37,897 nt of DNA from Reclinomonas americana ATCC 50394. Taxonomy: Eukaryota. The number at the start of each line of letters is the position of its first letter. The first letter of the stretch is position 1. The translations under genes were made by a program, and so were the position numbers. The notes beneath the pieces were generated by a model, which was not told the DNA's origin, ran no database searches, and worked only from the letters and a program-made list of their open reading frames with translations. Location: NCBI GenBank assembly GCA_048213135.1, contig PS015028.1, forward strand, positions 405,604-443,500, given 5' to 3'. Shown here in pieces: positions 1 to 11,835 of this stretch.

Positions 1-1999
1 ATCTTGCACTGTGCAAGCAAGATTCACGTGTCAGTGCCGCCTGCACACACAATTCAATTCACGCGTGTACGCACCCGAACGTCCGACGACGAGGCAATAG
101 TGGCCACCAGGCTCTTGCTGGACTCCGGTGGTTCTGGCGAGAGCGCGCGGCTGGCGGCGAGCACCTGCGAGCGACCAAGACCGTTTGGCGACTGCATCGG
201 TGACGGTGGCAGCTTGCTGAGGTCGGGCGAGAGGGGGATCTGTGGCGAGCGCAAGTGAGCTGCGCACGCACGCACGAAAGAAAAAGAGGATGCGATGTGC
301 CACTCACCGGTTCATCGTCAGGCGCACTCTGCCGAGCGGCCTCCTCTTCTGCGCGCTTCCACAGCTTCAGCAGCAAGTTGGTGGCACTGCACGTGTCCTT
401 TCGACTCCTCCAGTGACTGAAATCCTCCACAGCCTGCATCCGCGAAGCACGTCAGTATCGCTCAGACATCACACACGCGAATGGGAAAGGAGTGCCACGA
501 AACATGCGCATTGTTCAGCAGGTCGGCCAGACACGACAGGATAATGGGGTTAAGCGGCCGCACATCAGCATCCAGTGCATGCAGCAAGTGCGTCAATCCT
601 GCGAAACCGAGACAATCAGTCGACTGAGAAGAAGAGGAAGAGTGACGCAACGCACGCACCATCATGGTCGAAGAACATGGCCTCCGATTGTACTTGCCCG
701 ACCACGCAGTCCCACAAGGCGCCCACCAGCGCAATGCCATACTCGGCATCCGTGTGTCGATGGACTCTGTGGTGTGCACCCACCAGTCAGAGAACACAAG
801 GGTCGGGAAAAGCAGGCAAAACCAACTGCGCACTCTTTGATTCGCTTGACCAACGTTTCGATGCCGCCCGCCGAGCGGAAAATCGTGTACACCGAGGACG
901 AGGCGGCCTTGGCGGCCTGCACATTGTCAGCTTGGCAGAGGGCACTCAAAATGACCAGTAATCTGGTGCACAGCCACAGGCCGTTGTCGATGGAGGCGCG
1001 CGGGTCTTCCGATTCGAGGGTGTCTGTGTGGGGGGGGAGGTTGAGGAAAAGGGGGAAGGCGAGAGAGAGGAAAGGAAGACGGCGAAGAGAGGAGAGGGGG
1101 AAGGCGAGAGAGAGAGAGAAAAGGGGAAAGCGAAGGGAGCGGAGGGGGAGGACGAAGGAAAGCCACACAAGAGCTGAATGCAGAGACAAGGGACGAATGC
1201 ACAACTCAGATGAAACGAGCTGCGGCAAGAGAAAACACGAAATCAAGAAGAGCGACAGTTGCGGGTGGAATGGTTCGGGAAAGGAAATGACCGGACGGAT
1301 AAAGAGACAGAAATGCAGACAATCGAGCTGTTCAGGAGCAGAATGGACTAGAAAGGGGAAAGACAGTGGGAAAGGCAGAGGCCAGCGAGTGAACAGGTTG
1401 AAACAGACGCAAAGGCAACGAATGAGCGAAGAATTACAGGGCATGGTGACAGCGAAAGAAATGAAAGAAAATTGCACTGCGCCAAGAAGGCGTCTCAGTA
1501 CTCCTCCCCAACAAACCTATGCAAAACTCAATGATTCCAGACTCAATAACAACACGAATGTGCGGGCCGCCACGAGAGATGAACGAGACCAGCGCGTCAA
1601 CCTCCAAACGATACAGCACGGCATCCCGAGAGAGCGGTCGCGGAATGTGGCGGTGAACAGTGTCGCGCTGAACGACGGCGAGCAGGCGATCCGCGCATTG
1701 CAGCTCCGCACACACTTCACTCCAATTGGTGCCGGCACGACCGAGACATTGCAGGGCCTACGGCGGCGACCAATCAGACATGATCAAAGCTTTGCGGGAT
1801 GCGACGAATACAAAACGCGCACCATGGTCTGCAGTTCCTGCAACTGCGAGAATGTCCACTTGAGCCGCGGATGGATGCCTACGGGTGGTGAGCTTGTCAT
1901 CGGGAACAGGCGGGTGTCGATGTCGATATAGGTGAGCATGACTTGCAGGATGGCGTTCTGTGTGGAACACACACAGGAGCGCGTACATACACATTAACA

Positions 2000-2034
<35 letters not shown>

Positions 2035-5000
2035 GAAAGTGAGCGAAGGGCGACCGAGAGAGTGAGAGAGAGAGAGAGAGAGAAAACGTGGATGCATGCA
2101 AATGCCACGACAAAATCCACCTCCACAAAACCATGGTCTTGCCTCTCTCCCAACTCATCCCGATCTCCCNNNNNNNNNNNNNNNNNNNNNNNNNNNNNNN
2201 NNNNNNNNNNNNNNNNNNNNNNNNNNNNNNNNNNNNNNNNNNNNNNNNNNNNNNNNNNNNNNNNNNNNNNNNNNNNNNNNNNNNNNNNNNNNNNNNNNNN
2301 NNNNNNNNNNNNNNNNNNNNNNNNNNNNNNNNNNNNNNNNNNNNNNNNNNNNNNNNNNNNNNNNNNNNNNNNNNNNNNNNNNNNNNNNNNNNNNNNNNNN
2401 NNNNNNNNNNNNNNNNNNNNNNNNNNNNNNNNNNNNNNNNNNNNNNNNNNNNNNNNNNNNNNNNNNNNNNNNNNNNNNNNNNNNNNNNNNNNNNNNNNNN
2501 NNNNNNNNNNNNNNNNNNNNNNNNNNNNNNNNNNNNNNNNNNNNNNNNNNNNNNNNNNNNNNNNNNNNNNNNNNNNNNNNNNNNNNNNNNNNNNNNNNNN
2601 NNNNNNNNNNNNNNNNNNNNNNNNNNNNNNNNNNNNNNNNNNNNNNNNNNNNNNNNNNNNNNNNNNNNNNNNNNNNNNNNNNNNNNNNNNNNNNNNNNNN
2701 NNNNNNNNNNNNNNNNNNNNNNNNNNNNNNNNNNNNNNNNNNNNNNNNNNNNNNNNNNNNNNNNNNNNNNNNNNNGTTGAGCAGACTCAGTGCGCCAGAG
2801 TCGTCATTGGTGCCACACACATCCACGGCGTTCCACAGAATGTCAATGCACGAGGCGAACTCGGCGCTGCGAATGGACGAGCGATCCATCACCTCCAGCA
2901 CCGGATCCAGCAGCCCATCTGCGCGCGAGCAGTCAGACTCCGCAGAAAAAGAGGAGAGAAAGGCGCAGACACGTATGTGAGTGCGTAACATTCGCTGAGC
3001 TCCCTTGCCGGTTGTCGCCAATTGGAGAGGGCGGCCATGGCAGCCGTGACGGAGCGCGTCACGTGCGGCGAGCTGCCGCTGACATAGGGGCGTGAGAGGG
3101 CGGTGCCGACGGCGCGAGTCAGCGTGGTTTGGAAGAGGTTGGCGGGGGGCATGCCGATGCGGCCAGTGACACCAAAGAGCTTCGTCTGATTAGGAGAAGG
3201 GGGGATTAGGAGGAGAGAGTCAGAGTTAGGAAGGGATAAGAGGAGAAAAACACTCTTCGCATTCCTCGCACCTGCTGCAGCGCCAACGGCATCTTGTTCA
3301 ACAGTGAGAACGATGTTGGCGACGGCGGTCGATCCACATCCGTTTCCGCTGTGGCCGTGTCATCCACACCCGTGTACGTGGTGACGGCTGCGCCCTCCGT
3401 GCGCAACGCCGACGACAGCGATCGAATCAAGCACTTGTGCACGAGCAACTCTCGAATGCGCTGCGCCGTCACATCGTCGTCACGGCACTGCTCCAGCTCC
3501 CACACCAAGTGGAGCACACACTGCGCGGCGGCGTCTTGCACCGAGCTGTGGGGCGCCAGCAGCGCCACTGCGATGCAATCAAAGAGCAGAGCGTAGTCGC
3601 GTCCATAGGTCTCCCACTGCATGCATGCATGGTAAGCAAGAAGAGGGAAAGAGGGGAAGAAGGGAGGAAAGCAGCGCGCGCAACATCCGTGGCCAACTGT
3701 CGCACAGGCACGTGCGCCAGAGCCGCCAACAGACGAATGCCCGCCGCAAAGAACGTCTCCGCCAGGGCGCCGGCGGGAGAGTCGGGTGAATCCGCGCGCT
3801 GCGCTGCCGAGATGCCAAACTCCAGCGTGCGGTCGAGGAGCTGGCTGCAGGCGACCGAGTCGGAGAAGCACTGCGGAGGAGGGAAGGGAGTGAGGAGATG
3901 GGTGGAAGAGAGAGGAAAGGGTGGAAGTGCGCGAAGGGTGAATGGCCGGTGATAAGTGACGATGGGAGAATGGTGAGAATGATGGTGAGCAGATGATAGA
4001 ACGGCGAGAGACAGGAGGGATGCAGGAGCAGAATGCAAGGGAAATGGCGAGTAGAAGCAGGTGGAGGTGAGTGACAAGTGATAGAATGCCGAACAGACAG
4101 TGGGTGAGTGGCAGGAAGACCAGAGAAGAAGGCAAAATGGCAAAAGGAGGCGAGAGGAGGCAAGAAGAAGAGTGGAGGATGCGTGAAGGAGAGTGAGTGA
4201 GTGAGTGAGAGAGTGAGTGAGTGAGTGAGTGAGTGAGTGAGTGAGTGAGCGAGAGAGTGAGTGAGTGCGTGTGTGTGTGTGTGTGTGAGTGAGTGAGTGA
4301 GTGAGTGAGCGAGTGAGTGAGTGAGTGAGTGAGTGAGTNNNNNNNNNNNNNNNNNNNNNNNNNNNNNNNNNNNNNNNNNNNNNNNNNNNNNNNNNNNNNN
4401 NNNNNNNNNNNNNNNNNNNNNNNNNNNNNNNNNNNNNNNNNNNNNNNNNNNNNNNNNNNNNNNNNNNNNNNNNNNNNNNNNNNNNNNNNNNNNNNNNNNN
4501 NNNNNNNNNNNNNNNNNNNNNNNNNNNNNNNNNNNNNNNNNNNNNNNNNNNNNNNNNNNNNNNNNNNNNNNNNNNNNNNNNNNNNNNNNNNNNNNNNNNN
4601 NNNNNNNNNNNNNNNNNNNNNNNNNNNNNNNNNNNNNNNNNNNNNNNNNNNNNNNNNNNNNNNNNNNNNNNNNNNNNNNNNNNNNNNNNNNNNNNNNNNN
4701 NNNNNNNNNNNNNNNNNNNNNNNNNNNNNNNNNNNNNNNNNNNNNNNNNNNNNNNNNNNNNNNNNNNNNNNNNNNNNNNNNNNNNNNNNNNNNNNNNNNN
4801 NNNNNNNNNNNNNNNNNNNNNNNNNNNNNNNNNNNNNNNNNNNNNNNNNNNNNNNNNNNNNNNNNNNNNNNNNNNNNNNNNNNNNNNNNNNNNNNNNNNN
4901 NNNNNNNNNNNNNNNNNNNNNNNNNNNNNNNNNNNNNNNNNNNNNNNNNNNNNNNNNNNNNNNNNNNNNNNNNNNNNNNAGAGTGAGTGAGTGAGTGAGT

Positions 5001-5452
5001 GCAGTGAGTGAGTGAGTGAGTGAGTGAAAGAGTGAGTGAGTGAGTGAGTGAGTGAGTGAGTGACTGAGTGAGTGGGAGAGTGAGTGAGTGAGTGAGGGAG
5101 TGAATGAGTGTGTGAGTGAGAGAGTGAGTGAGTGAGTGAGTGAATGAGAGAAAGAGTGAGAGAGAGAGTGAGTGAGTGAGAGATTAGTCGACACCTAAGC
5201 CAATCATCCATCCGCATCACTCTCTCTCTCTCTCTCTCTTACAAGCCTCACCAGTGCAGCAACATCACGTCGCACAAGTCCTTGCATGGCGGCGGCCTCA
5301 TCGACGCCCGCGGCGACGGACGATTGCCGCCGTCGCAGCGCCGTCATGAGGAAGCGATCGAGGGCGGAAATGAGCCGTTGAGCGCCCTGCGCGCTCTCCT
5401 TGAGAGAGGCGGCGGCGGAGGAGGACCAGAGCGCGAGGCAGTCGTCGCTCAT
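1..5452 (-). CDS. CFAP69: Cilia- and flagella-associated protein 69 (ARM-repeat central-apparatus protein), multi-exon; 3' end beyond the window, two gaps inside
   Basis: Hand-spliced exons with compatible phases: 5452-5243, 3870-3685, 3616-~3272, ~3185-2990, 2918-gap, 1957-~1824, 1757-~1517, ~1023-834, ~769-663, ~597-504, 433-~309, ~259-~76. Motifs GLVRRDVAALVRL, VPVRQLATDWETY, CIDILWNAV, KWTFSQLQELQTMALQCL, LLVILSALCQ, ALWDCVVGQVQSEAMFFDHDGLTHLLHAL and HWRSRKDTCSATNLLLKLWKRAEEE are collinear with what I recall of CFAP69 (e.g. W..AQ..ELQ, SIWCCILG..SEDYF..EG, AASLLIKLWRKEE). Confidence 0.8.
4191..5181. repeat. (GAGT)n/(GT)n microsatellite block spanning an assembly gap, in CFAP69 intron 1
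   Basis: Directly visible tetranucleotide runs on both sides of gap 4339-4979. Confidence 0.95.
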
Positions 5453-5683
5453 TCTTTCGATGGTGGCAAATAACGATCGCGCGAGCAATGGTGGTACAAT
5501 GGTGGATATTGAAAATATCGTGGCGATCGCAGCATGTCGGAATTCGAAGGCAGCAGGCACGGACTCGAATCGAATTGATAACGCGTGCTCGGAGCTTGAG
5601 CTTCGAACAAACAACAACAAATTCATTCACCAACAAACAAGCGACAGCTGTCTCGATGACCAAGTTTCTTGTGTGTGCGTGTT

Positions 5684-7647
5684 CGCTACACAACAACAAC
5701 TTTACTAATCCAAACAGCAGCAGCTGCATGATGATCACCATCTTGAGTGAGCACCAGAAACTCAGACATCACGGGAACACTGAGAGAAAGTCGAGATGGC
5801 TAATGCTGGCGTTTCTGCAAGAGAAACCACGGCTCATGACAAGCATGGATTTGACGCCGAATTCCAAAAAGGAAGCAAGAAAGATAGCAAAGTGTTGGTA
5901 TCAAAACACAAACTTTACTAATCCAAACAGCAACACAGCTGCATGATGATTACCATCTTGAGTGAGCACCAGAAACTCTCGGAGCTCCGAACAAGTCAGA
6001 ACTGCGATCTTCACCGCATAAGCGTGGCTGACCAGTGGATTTGACGCACTTGCATAGACGCATAGCGTTTTCTGCGATCGTACACGGCTCATCGAATTCG
6101 GGGAAAGGCCATTAGCCAGGCACACAAAGCAAAGCCGAGTCCGGATCCGTGAAGCCAGCCGCTGCGATTGATCATGATGTCAAAATCGTCCTGAGATTGT
6201 GAAAAAAGGCAACAACGCAGCGACGTCACGTGCACAACGGGAAGCCGGACTCGAGAGTGTGAAATACAGGCGTTGTGGCGATCGTAAGTCGGAATTCGAC
6301 AGAAGAATGCATAATTAATATTCGAAAGCGCAGCCGTATTAGAGATCGACGAGAGTCTTCAAGTTCGCAGGATCCGGATTTGAAGAAGCTGCTGTATGAT
6401 GCGTTGGCGTGCTTGGAAATCAATGCGACCTGCGGCTGCAGCTGGCAACTTGGATCCGGCCGCGGATATCGATCCTGTCGCACCGCGCGCAGGATCGCGC
6501 GCAGCGACATTATCTTGAGCACTCGTTGGCTCGGTGGTGCACCTGCAATCGGGAAAAAGATTCAACCATGTTCCCCGTTGGTGCTCGCTGCCTGCTGAAG
6601 TGTGTCGAAGGAGGTCACGTGTCGAAGCCCATGGCACCACGTGCTTGCCCTCTCGAGCTCCGCTGTCAACGGATCCGGATCGGCCTCACCAACAACAACC
6701 ACTCGACTGCACCCCAGCTCCTTCCCGGACTTAATTGCATGTTGCCTGGCTCTGTTGGTTTTACATATGTCTTCTGATACCAACACCTCTTGCTATCTTT
6801 CTCGTTTCCTTTGTGGAATTCGGCGTCAAATCCATGCTTGTCATGAGCCGTGGTTTCTCTTGCAGAAACGCCAGCATAAGCCATCTCGATTTTTCTCGTT
6901 TTTTNNNNNNNNNNNNNNNNNNNNNNNNNNNNNNNNNNNNNNNNNNNNNNNNNNNNNNNNNNNNNNNNNNNNNNNNNNNNNNNNNNNNNNNNNNNNNNNN
7001 NNNNNNNNNNNNNNNNNNNNNNNNNNNNNNNNNNNNNNNNNNNNNNNNNNNNNNNNNNNNNNNNNNNNNNNNNNNNNNNNNNNNNNNNNNNNNNNNNNNN
7101 NNNNNNNNNNNNNNNNNNNNNNNNNNNNNNNNNNNNNNNNNNNNNNNNNNNNNNNNNNNNNNNNNNNNNNNNNNNNNNNNNNNNNNNNNNNNNNNNNNNN
7201 NNNNNNNNNNNNNNNNNNNNNNNNNNNNNNNNNNNNNNNNNNNNNNNNNNNNNNNNNNNNNNNNNNNNNNNNNNNNNNNNNNNNNNNNNNNNNNNNNNNN
7301 NNNNNNNNNNNNNNNNNNNNNNNNNNNNNNNNNNNNNNNNNNNNNNNNNNNNNNNNNNNNNNNNNNNNNNNNNNNNNNNNNNNNNNNNNNNNNNNNNNNN
7401 NNNNNNNNNNNNNNNNNNNNNNNNNNNNNNNNNNNNNNNNNNNNNNNNNNNNNNNNNNNNNNNNNNNNNNNNNNNNNNNNNNNNNNNNNNNNNNNNNNNN
7501 NNNNNNNNNNNNNNNNNNNNNNNNNNNNNNNNNNNNNNNCGTGATGTCTGAGTTTCTGGTGCTCACTCGAGATGGTGATCATCATGCAGCTGTGTTGCTG
7601 TTTGGATTAGTAAAGTTGTTGTTGTTGTTGTTGTTGTTGTTGCAGCG
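5684..7647. mobile_element. Putative non-autonomous foldback/long-TIR element with internally repeated arms
   Basis: 7540-7641 is the reverse complement of ~5690-5772, and 6775-6900 is the reverse complement of ~5783-5903. The left arm restarts at 5911 (period ~213 bp). Ends are (CAA)n/(TTG)n. No transposase ORF and no clear TSD. Confidence 0.6.
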
Positions 7648-7962
7648 CTCGATGTCTTCGCGATCGGCAGAGCTCGTCCCACCAAACTAGCAACAACTAG
7701 CACACCCTCTGCGAGTCCCTCTCGCCACCACCACTCACAAAGCTGCCCGGTTCGCGCCCTCTCTCCGAAATCCATGACCAATCCAATCAATCGAAATCCT
7801 TTGCAAACCACCACTCTGCGTTCAACGCGGTGCTGCAGCAGCAGGTGCACCTGCCACCTCTCTCTCACACTCCACTTCCGCTCTCCTCGCTCGCTCACTT
7901 CTCCACCTCTCAGATCTCGCAGTGTGTATCAAGCACTGCCGGATTTAGCCACACAACAAAAC

Positions 7963-10409
7963 ATGGGCCTCGACAGTGAACGACTGGTCGCGCCAGTCGA
8001 TGAAGTGAGTTGACGCATACACTTACACGCACCTCCCACCTACAGAGGCAGTGTGCGAGAGACAAAGCGAGAGAAAGAGATAAGAGAGTTGCAGTTGTGT
8101 CCTATATTTGGCCACCACCACCCGCCACTCACATTTTTTTGCGAAAGGATTTCATGTGCTGCGTCTGCAAAGGCGTGCTGCAACCGGACACCACTCGTGT
8201 GTGCCCACACTGTGAGCACATGTACGACGAGGCGTGTGTCAATGCATGGTGAGCGCGAAATGATTGAAGGAGAAATCCGACAACTTGCTGACAGGTTGCG
8301 TTTTCTAGGCTCGCAAATCACAACACTTGCCCGCTGTGTCGAGAGCGGCTGACCAAGGACCGATGTTGCGCGTCTCTCACTGGCCTTGTGTCTCCTCTTC
8401 TTCTCTGCCTCTGTGCACTCGCTCACACTCTTCCGCTTTCGAGTCGATCTCTCTCCTCCCCTCTCTGCCCGCCAGCTGCCTAGCCCCCCCTGTGGTCGAT
8501 ACCCTATTGGTCCTTGTCCTTACCCTCATCATAACCCCGTTGCCCAGGCTGTCTCTTCCTGTGATCGCTTTTAATCACTCTCCTGACCTAGTCCTCCTGT
8601 CATCCTTCTCCCTTTCCCTTCCCCTTGTACCTCCCCCTTCCCCCTTCCTCACCCTTCCCCCTTTCCCTCCTCCCCTCCTCCAGTGGTCCTCCCACAACGC
8701 GCCATCCGCCAAGTCCTCTGCAAAGTCCAAGTCTTCTGCGTGTTCCGCGAGGAGGGATGCGCCAAGCAAGTCTCCCTCGGCGACGTGCAGGCCCACGAGA
8801 GCTCGTGTGAGGTATGCTCTCCCTTTTCTCTCTATCTCTCTTTTCACCCTCACCTCACGTCCTCCAAATAGTTTCGACCCATCACCTGCCCGCAATGCTC
8901 GGCCTCGATGCTCTCCTTCCAGCTCGACGCGCACGTGACTGACGAGTGCCCCGAGGGTCGCACGCAATGCACGGGCGGCTGCGGGGCAGAGATGACGCGC
9001 CGCGAGCTGCTCTCGTCGCACTCGTGCGTGGAGACGCTGCTGGCCGTCAATCGTGAGCTGTCGGCCGAGTTGCAGCGCGCACGGACGGCGTTGCAGGCGG
9101 CGCGCGATCATCACGCTTCGGTGAAGCAGGTGCGCCGCGAGAAGCAGCAGGCGGAGGCGACGATGCGGGCGGAGCGAGCGACGCACCGATGCACGGAGGA
9201 GGCGCTGCGGGAGGCGCGCGAGGAGGTGCAGCGACTGCGTCGCCGAGTGGACGAGCTGGAGGGTGCGAGGAGGGCGGTGGAGGTTCCCGCGGCGAGTGCA
9301 GAGGAGGAGCCGCGGCCAGTGGTGGAGCCGGCTGAAGAGGAGGAGGAGCAGGAGGAGGAGGAGCAGGAGGAAGAAGATAGTGCCGCCAGTGGCAGCGGAA
9401 GCGGGAGCGGCAGTGGCGCTGCAGCAGTGAGCCTGGTGGCCGGTGCAGGCAGCGCCGAACATGCGGCACTCATTCTTGCCCGCTTGCATGAACTGCAGGT
9501 AAGGAATCGCATCATCACAGCACTTCTCCCTCTGCTCTGCTTTCTGTCTCTCCACACAGCACTTTGTTGCTTTCCCGTATGATTCTTTCGTCGTTCGCGA
9601 TGCAATCACTCTCTCGGAAGAAGCGGACAGAGCGATTGTCTTGCGTGTCGCTCCTGATGGCGTCGAGTACTTTTCTTCCTTTTTCTCGTATCGCGTCACG
9701 ACGTGTTCGCGTCGATTCCCTCTGCTCCCCGTCCACCACGGTGGTGGACCGTTGTGCGCTCCATTGGGCCACGCTGCTCATTCGTCCCCTGTCGTCCGAT
9801 ATTCGATTTTTGTATTTGATTGCTCTCTCTTTCACTCTCTCTCTCTCTCTCGTCACTCTCACTCTCACTCACTCTCAGCGCGGCGGTTGTGGAGGAGCAC
9901 GTTGCACGCGTGATTATACTGCGCCGATATACTGCGGCATCGCGCAGTCTTCGCCACGTTCCTCTTTCGCGTGATGCCTTTTTATGTGCGAATTGAATGT
10001 TCTCTCCTTTCGCAACGGTCGAATAATCACTCTCCGCTCTCTCGCTCTCTCTCCCTCCGTCTGCTGTGCACTCCTGCACCGAAGCGTGGCGTCCGTGATT
10101 AGTACGTGATGCACGCGCCGCCCGCGCCAGTGGTGGCACGGTGCTCACCAATGTGCCCGTATTTCGCTCTCACTCCGCCCGGTTTTTTTTTCGCGATGCG
10201 CAGGTGGCCGAGGCCATTGTGACGGAGCAGCGTCTGGGCGCGCGCGCAGTGGAGCGGCAAGTGCACGTGGACGTGCAGCGCAGCGATCTCACGCGCAGTT
10301 TCCGTCAACCCAAGCACTCGCTTCCGGGTCGCCAACAAGCAGGTCGTCGTCGCGTTTGAATGAGGCGAGGCTTACTTTTTTTTCGTTGTCGGTAGACAGC
10401 AACAAGTAA
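7963..10409 (+). CDS. RING finger + TRAF/SIAH-type zinc finger + coiled-coil E3 ligase, NRDP1(RNF41)/PDZRN3/RNF151-like N-terminus
   Basis: Exons 7963-8004, 8148-8248, 8309-8364, 8684-8811 and 8872-9498 splice to MGLDSERLVAPVDEDFMCCVCKGVLQPDTTRVCPHCEHMYDEACVNAWLANHNTCPLCRERL...CVFREEGCAKQVSLGDVQAHESSCEFRPITCPQC...CTGGCGAEMTRRELLSSHSC, then a coiled coil. Further phase-compatible exons at 9560-9666, 9879-~9985, ~10103-10152 and 10204-10297. The 3' end (TAA 10407-10409) is uncertain. Confidence 0.85.
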
Positions 10410-10514
10410 CACAATGTATCAAAAGGTTCTTTGGTGACGTGCGGCGAGGTGATGCGCCTCATTCCGGGCGCCGCTGCGCAGTGGACCATCTAATTGTGCA
10501 CAAAGAATTTCCAG

Positions 10515-11598
10515 ATGCTCTCCTCCGGCATGAATGATTTGTGCGTCGCCGAAGACGGCAGTGAGTGAGCTGCTCAGTGCACCACACCAGGCGAACACCA
10601 CGTGGATGCCCTCTTGTGCGTTCTGCTGGTCGTTGTTCCCCAGCGCATGGCAAGCGTGTGCCGCATCTGCTGGTGATCCCACATGTCCAGTTTATGTGCT
10701 ATCGCAAATTATTGCAATTGTCTCGTCCTCCTTCCCGCCCCCTGTCGCCCCCCATGTCTGCGCCACTGCACCAGTGGCACAGGCGTGAAAAGCGAGGCGA
10801 GGCGCCGGTCGACTCAACCAGCTTTTCCCTCTTTGCGCGTTAGATTCGAATCCGACACGATTGTTCTTTTCCAGATGCGCACACTTGCGGGAGGAAGAAG
10901 AAAAGAGACACAACTGCCACGGCCGTTGCACCGCACCTTTCTCCTTGTTTCTCTTCCTGCACATCGCACGTCGTCAGTCGCCGGCGAGTGCACGCCTTTG
11001 AGCGGATGCCCGATGATCGGCGAAAAGCGCGCGCAATGAGCCTCAATCGATTTTGACAACTCCATCGCCGAAAATATTCGATTCTTTTCGATTGCTTTTA
11101 TTTTTTTCGCAAGCCCTGAGAGCAGAGACCATGACGTTCCCACCGTGCATCCGAAAGGCCCACGCACAGGCCAAGGCCAACGCGGCCACACGACACTGGG
11201 CATCGCACGCGCGTCCTCCATTGACAATCAGCGCGCGTCGATTGGTGTTTGACAACAGCGGCGGCAACAGTGACGACGATCAGGACATGAGGGAAGAGGT
11301 ACGCCAGGCGATCCTCTCTGCATGGTGTCGATCAGGCGTGATCGCTGACTGCTCTCTCTTTGTGCCGCAGAGGAACCCGTTCAGTGTGGCGTGCCACTTG
11401 ACAGCCTCGTCGACGCATGCGCCTCACCACCACGTGCACATGTTTGGCCACGGATCTTCGTCATCGTCATCATCGTCTGCTGCATCAGCTGCACCACCAT
11501 CGCATGGGTCGTCTACTGCATCAGCTGCCTCTGGCAAGATGAGCAATGGAGCGGCGAGGGCAGCGGAGCAGCAGCAACAGCGCGTCTCGTCGTGCTAA
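10515..11598 (+). CDS. Probable additional spliced coding exons: a separate small gene or a 3' extension of the RING gene; function unknown
   Basis: Exon-like segments bounded by AG/GT (10515-10560, 11114-11298, 11371-11598 ending TAA) with a Ser/His/Gln low-complexity tail. The full splice path is not resolved. Confidence 0.4.
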
Positions 11599-11835
11599 TA
11601 GTGTGAGTGTGTACAGTGTCATCCGTGCGTTTTTTTCTTTATATGCGTTTCTATTCTTTTTGAATGGCGATGAGCCTGTCGCGCGCGGTGCGTTTGGAGC
11701 GCCTGCTGCGTGTGTGCGCCGTCGTCCCCGTGTTGTTTTTGTTGTTTGGTGTTGTTAGTAATGTAAGAGAGAATCGGTGTATTGCTGAGCTTGGCAGGAG
11801 AGTACATTCTTCTTCGTCATTGCGTCATTGCGTCA

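Noticed and set aside
492-1931. 479-aa + strand ORF
   Set aside because: It is antisense to CFAP69 exons and a CT-rich intron; the R/G/E-rich translation is just the purine strand of low-complexity DNA.
6226-6777. Transposase or other gene in the core of the inverted-repeat element
   Set aside because: Only short ORFs, with no recognisable DDE, zinc-finger or other motif and no convincing splice pattern.
1960-7690. Long ORFs containing X runs (also at 13076-15176, 29963-32779 and 36608-37536)
   Set aside because: Artefacts of reading through N gaps and microsatellites.
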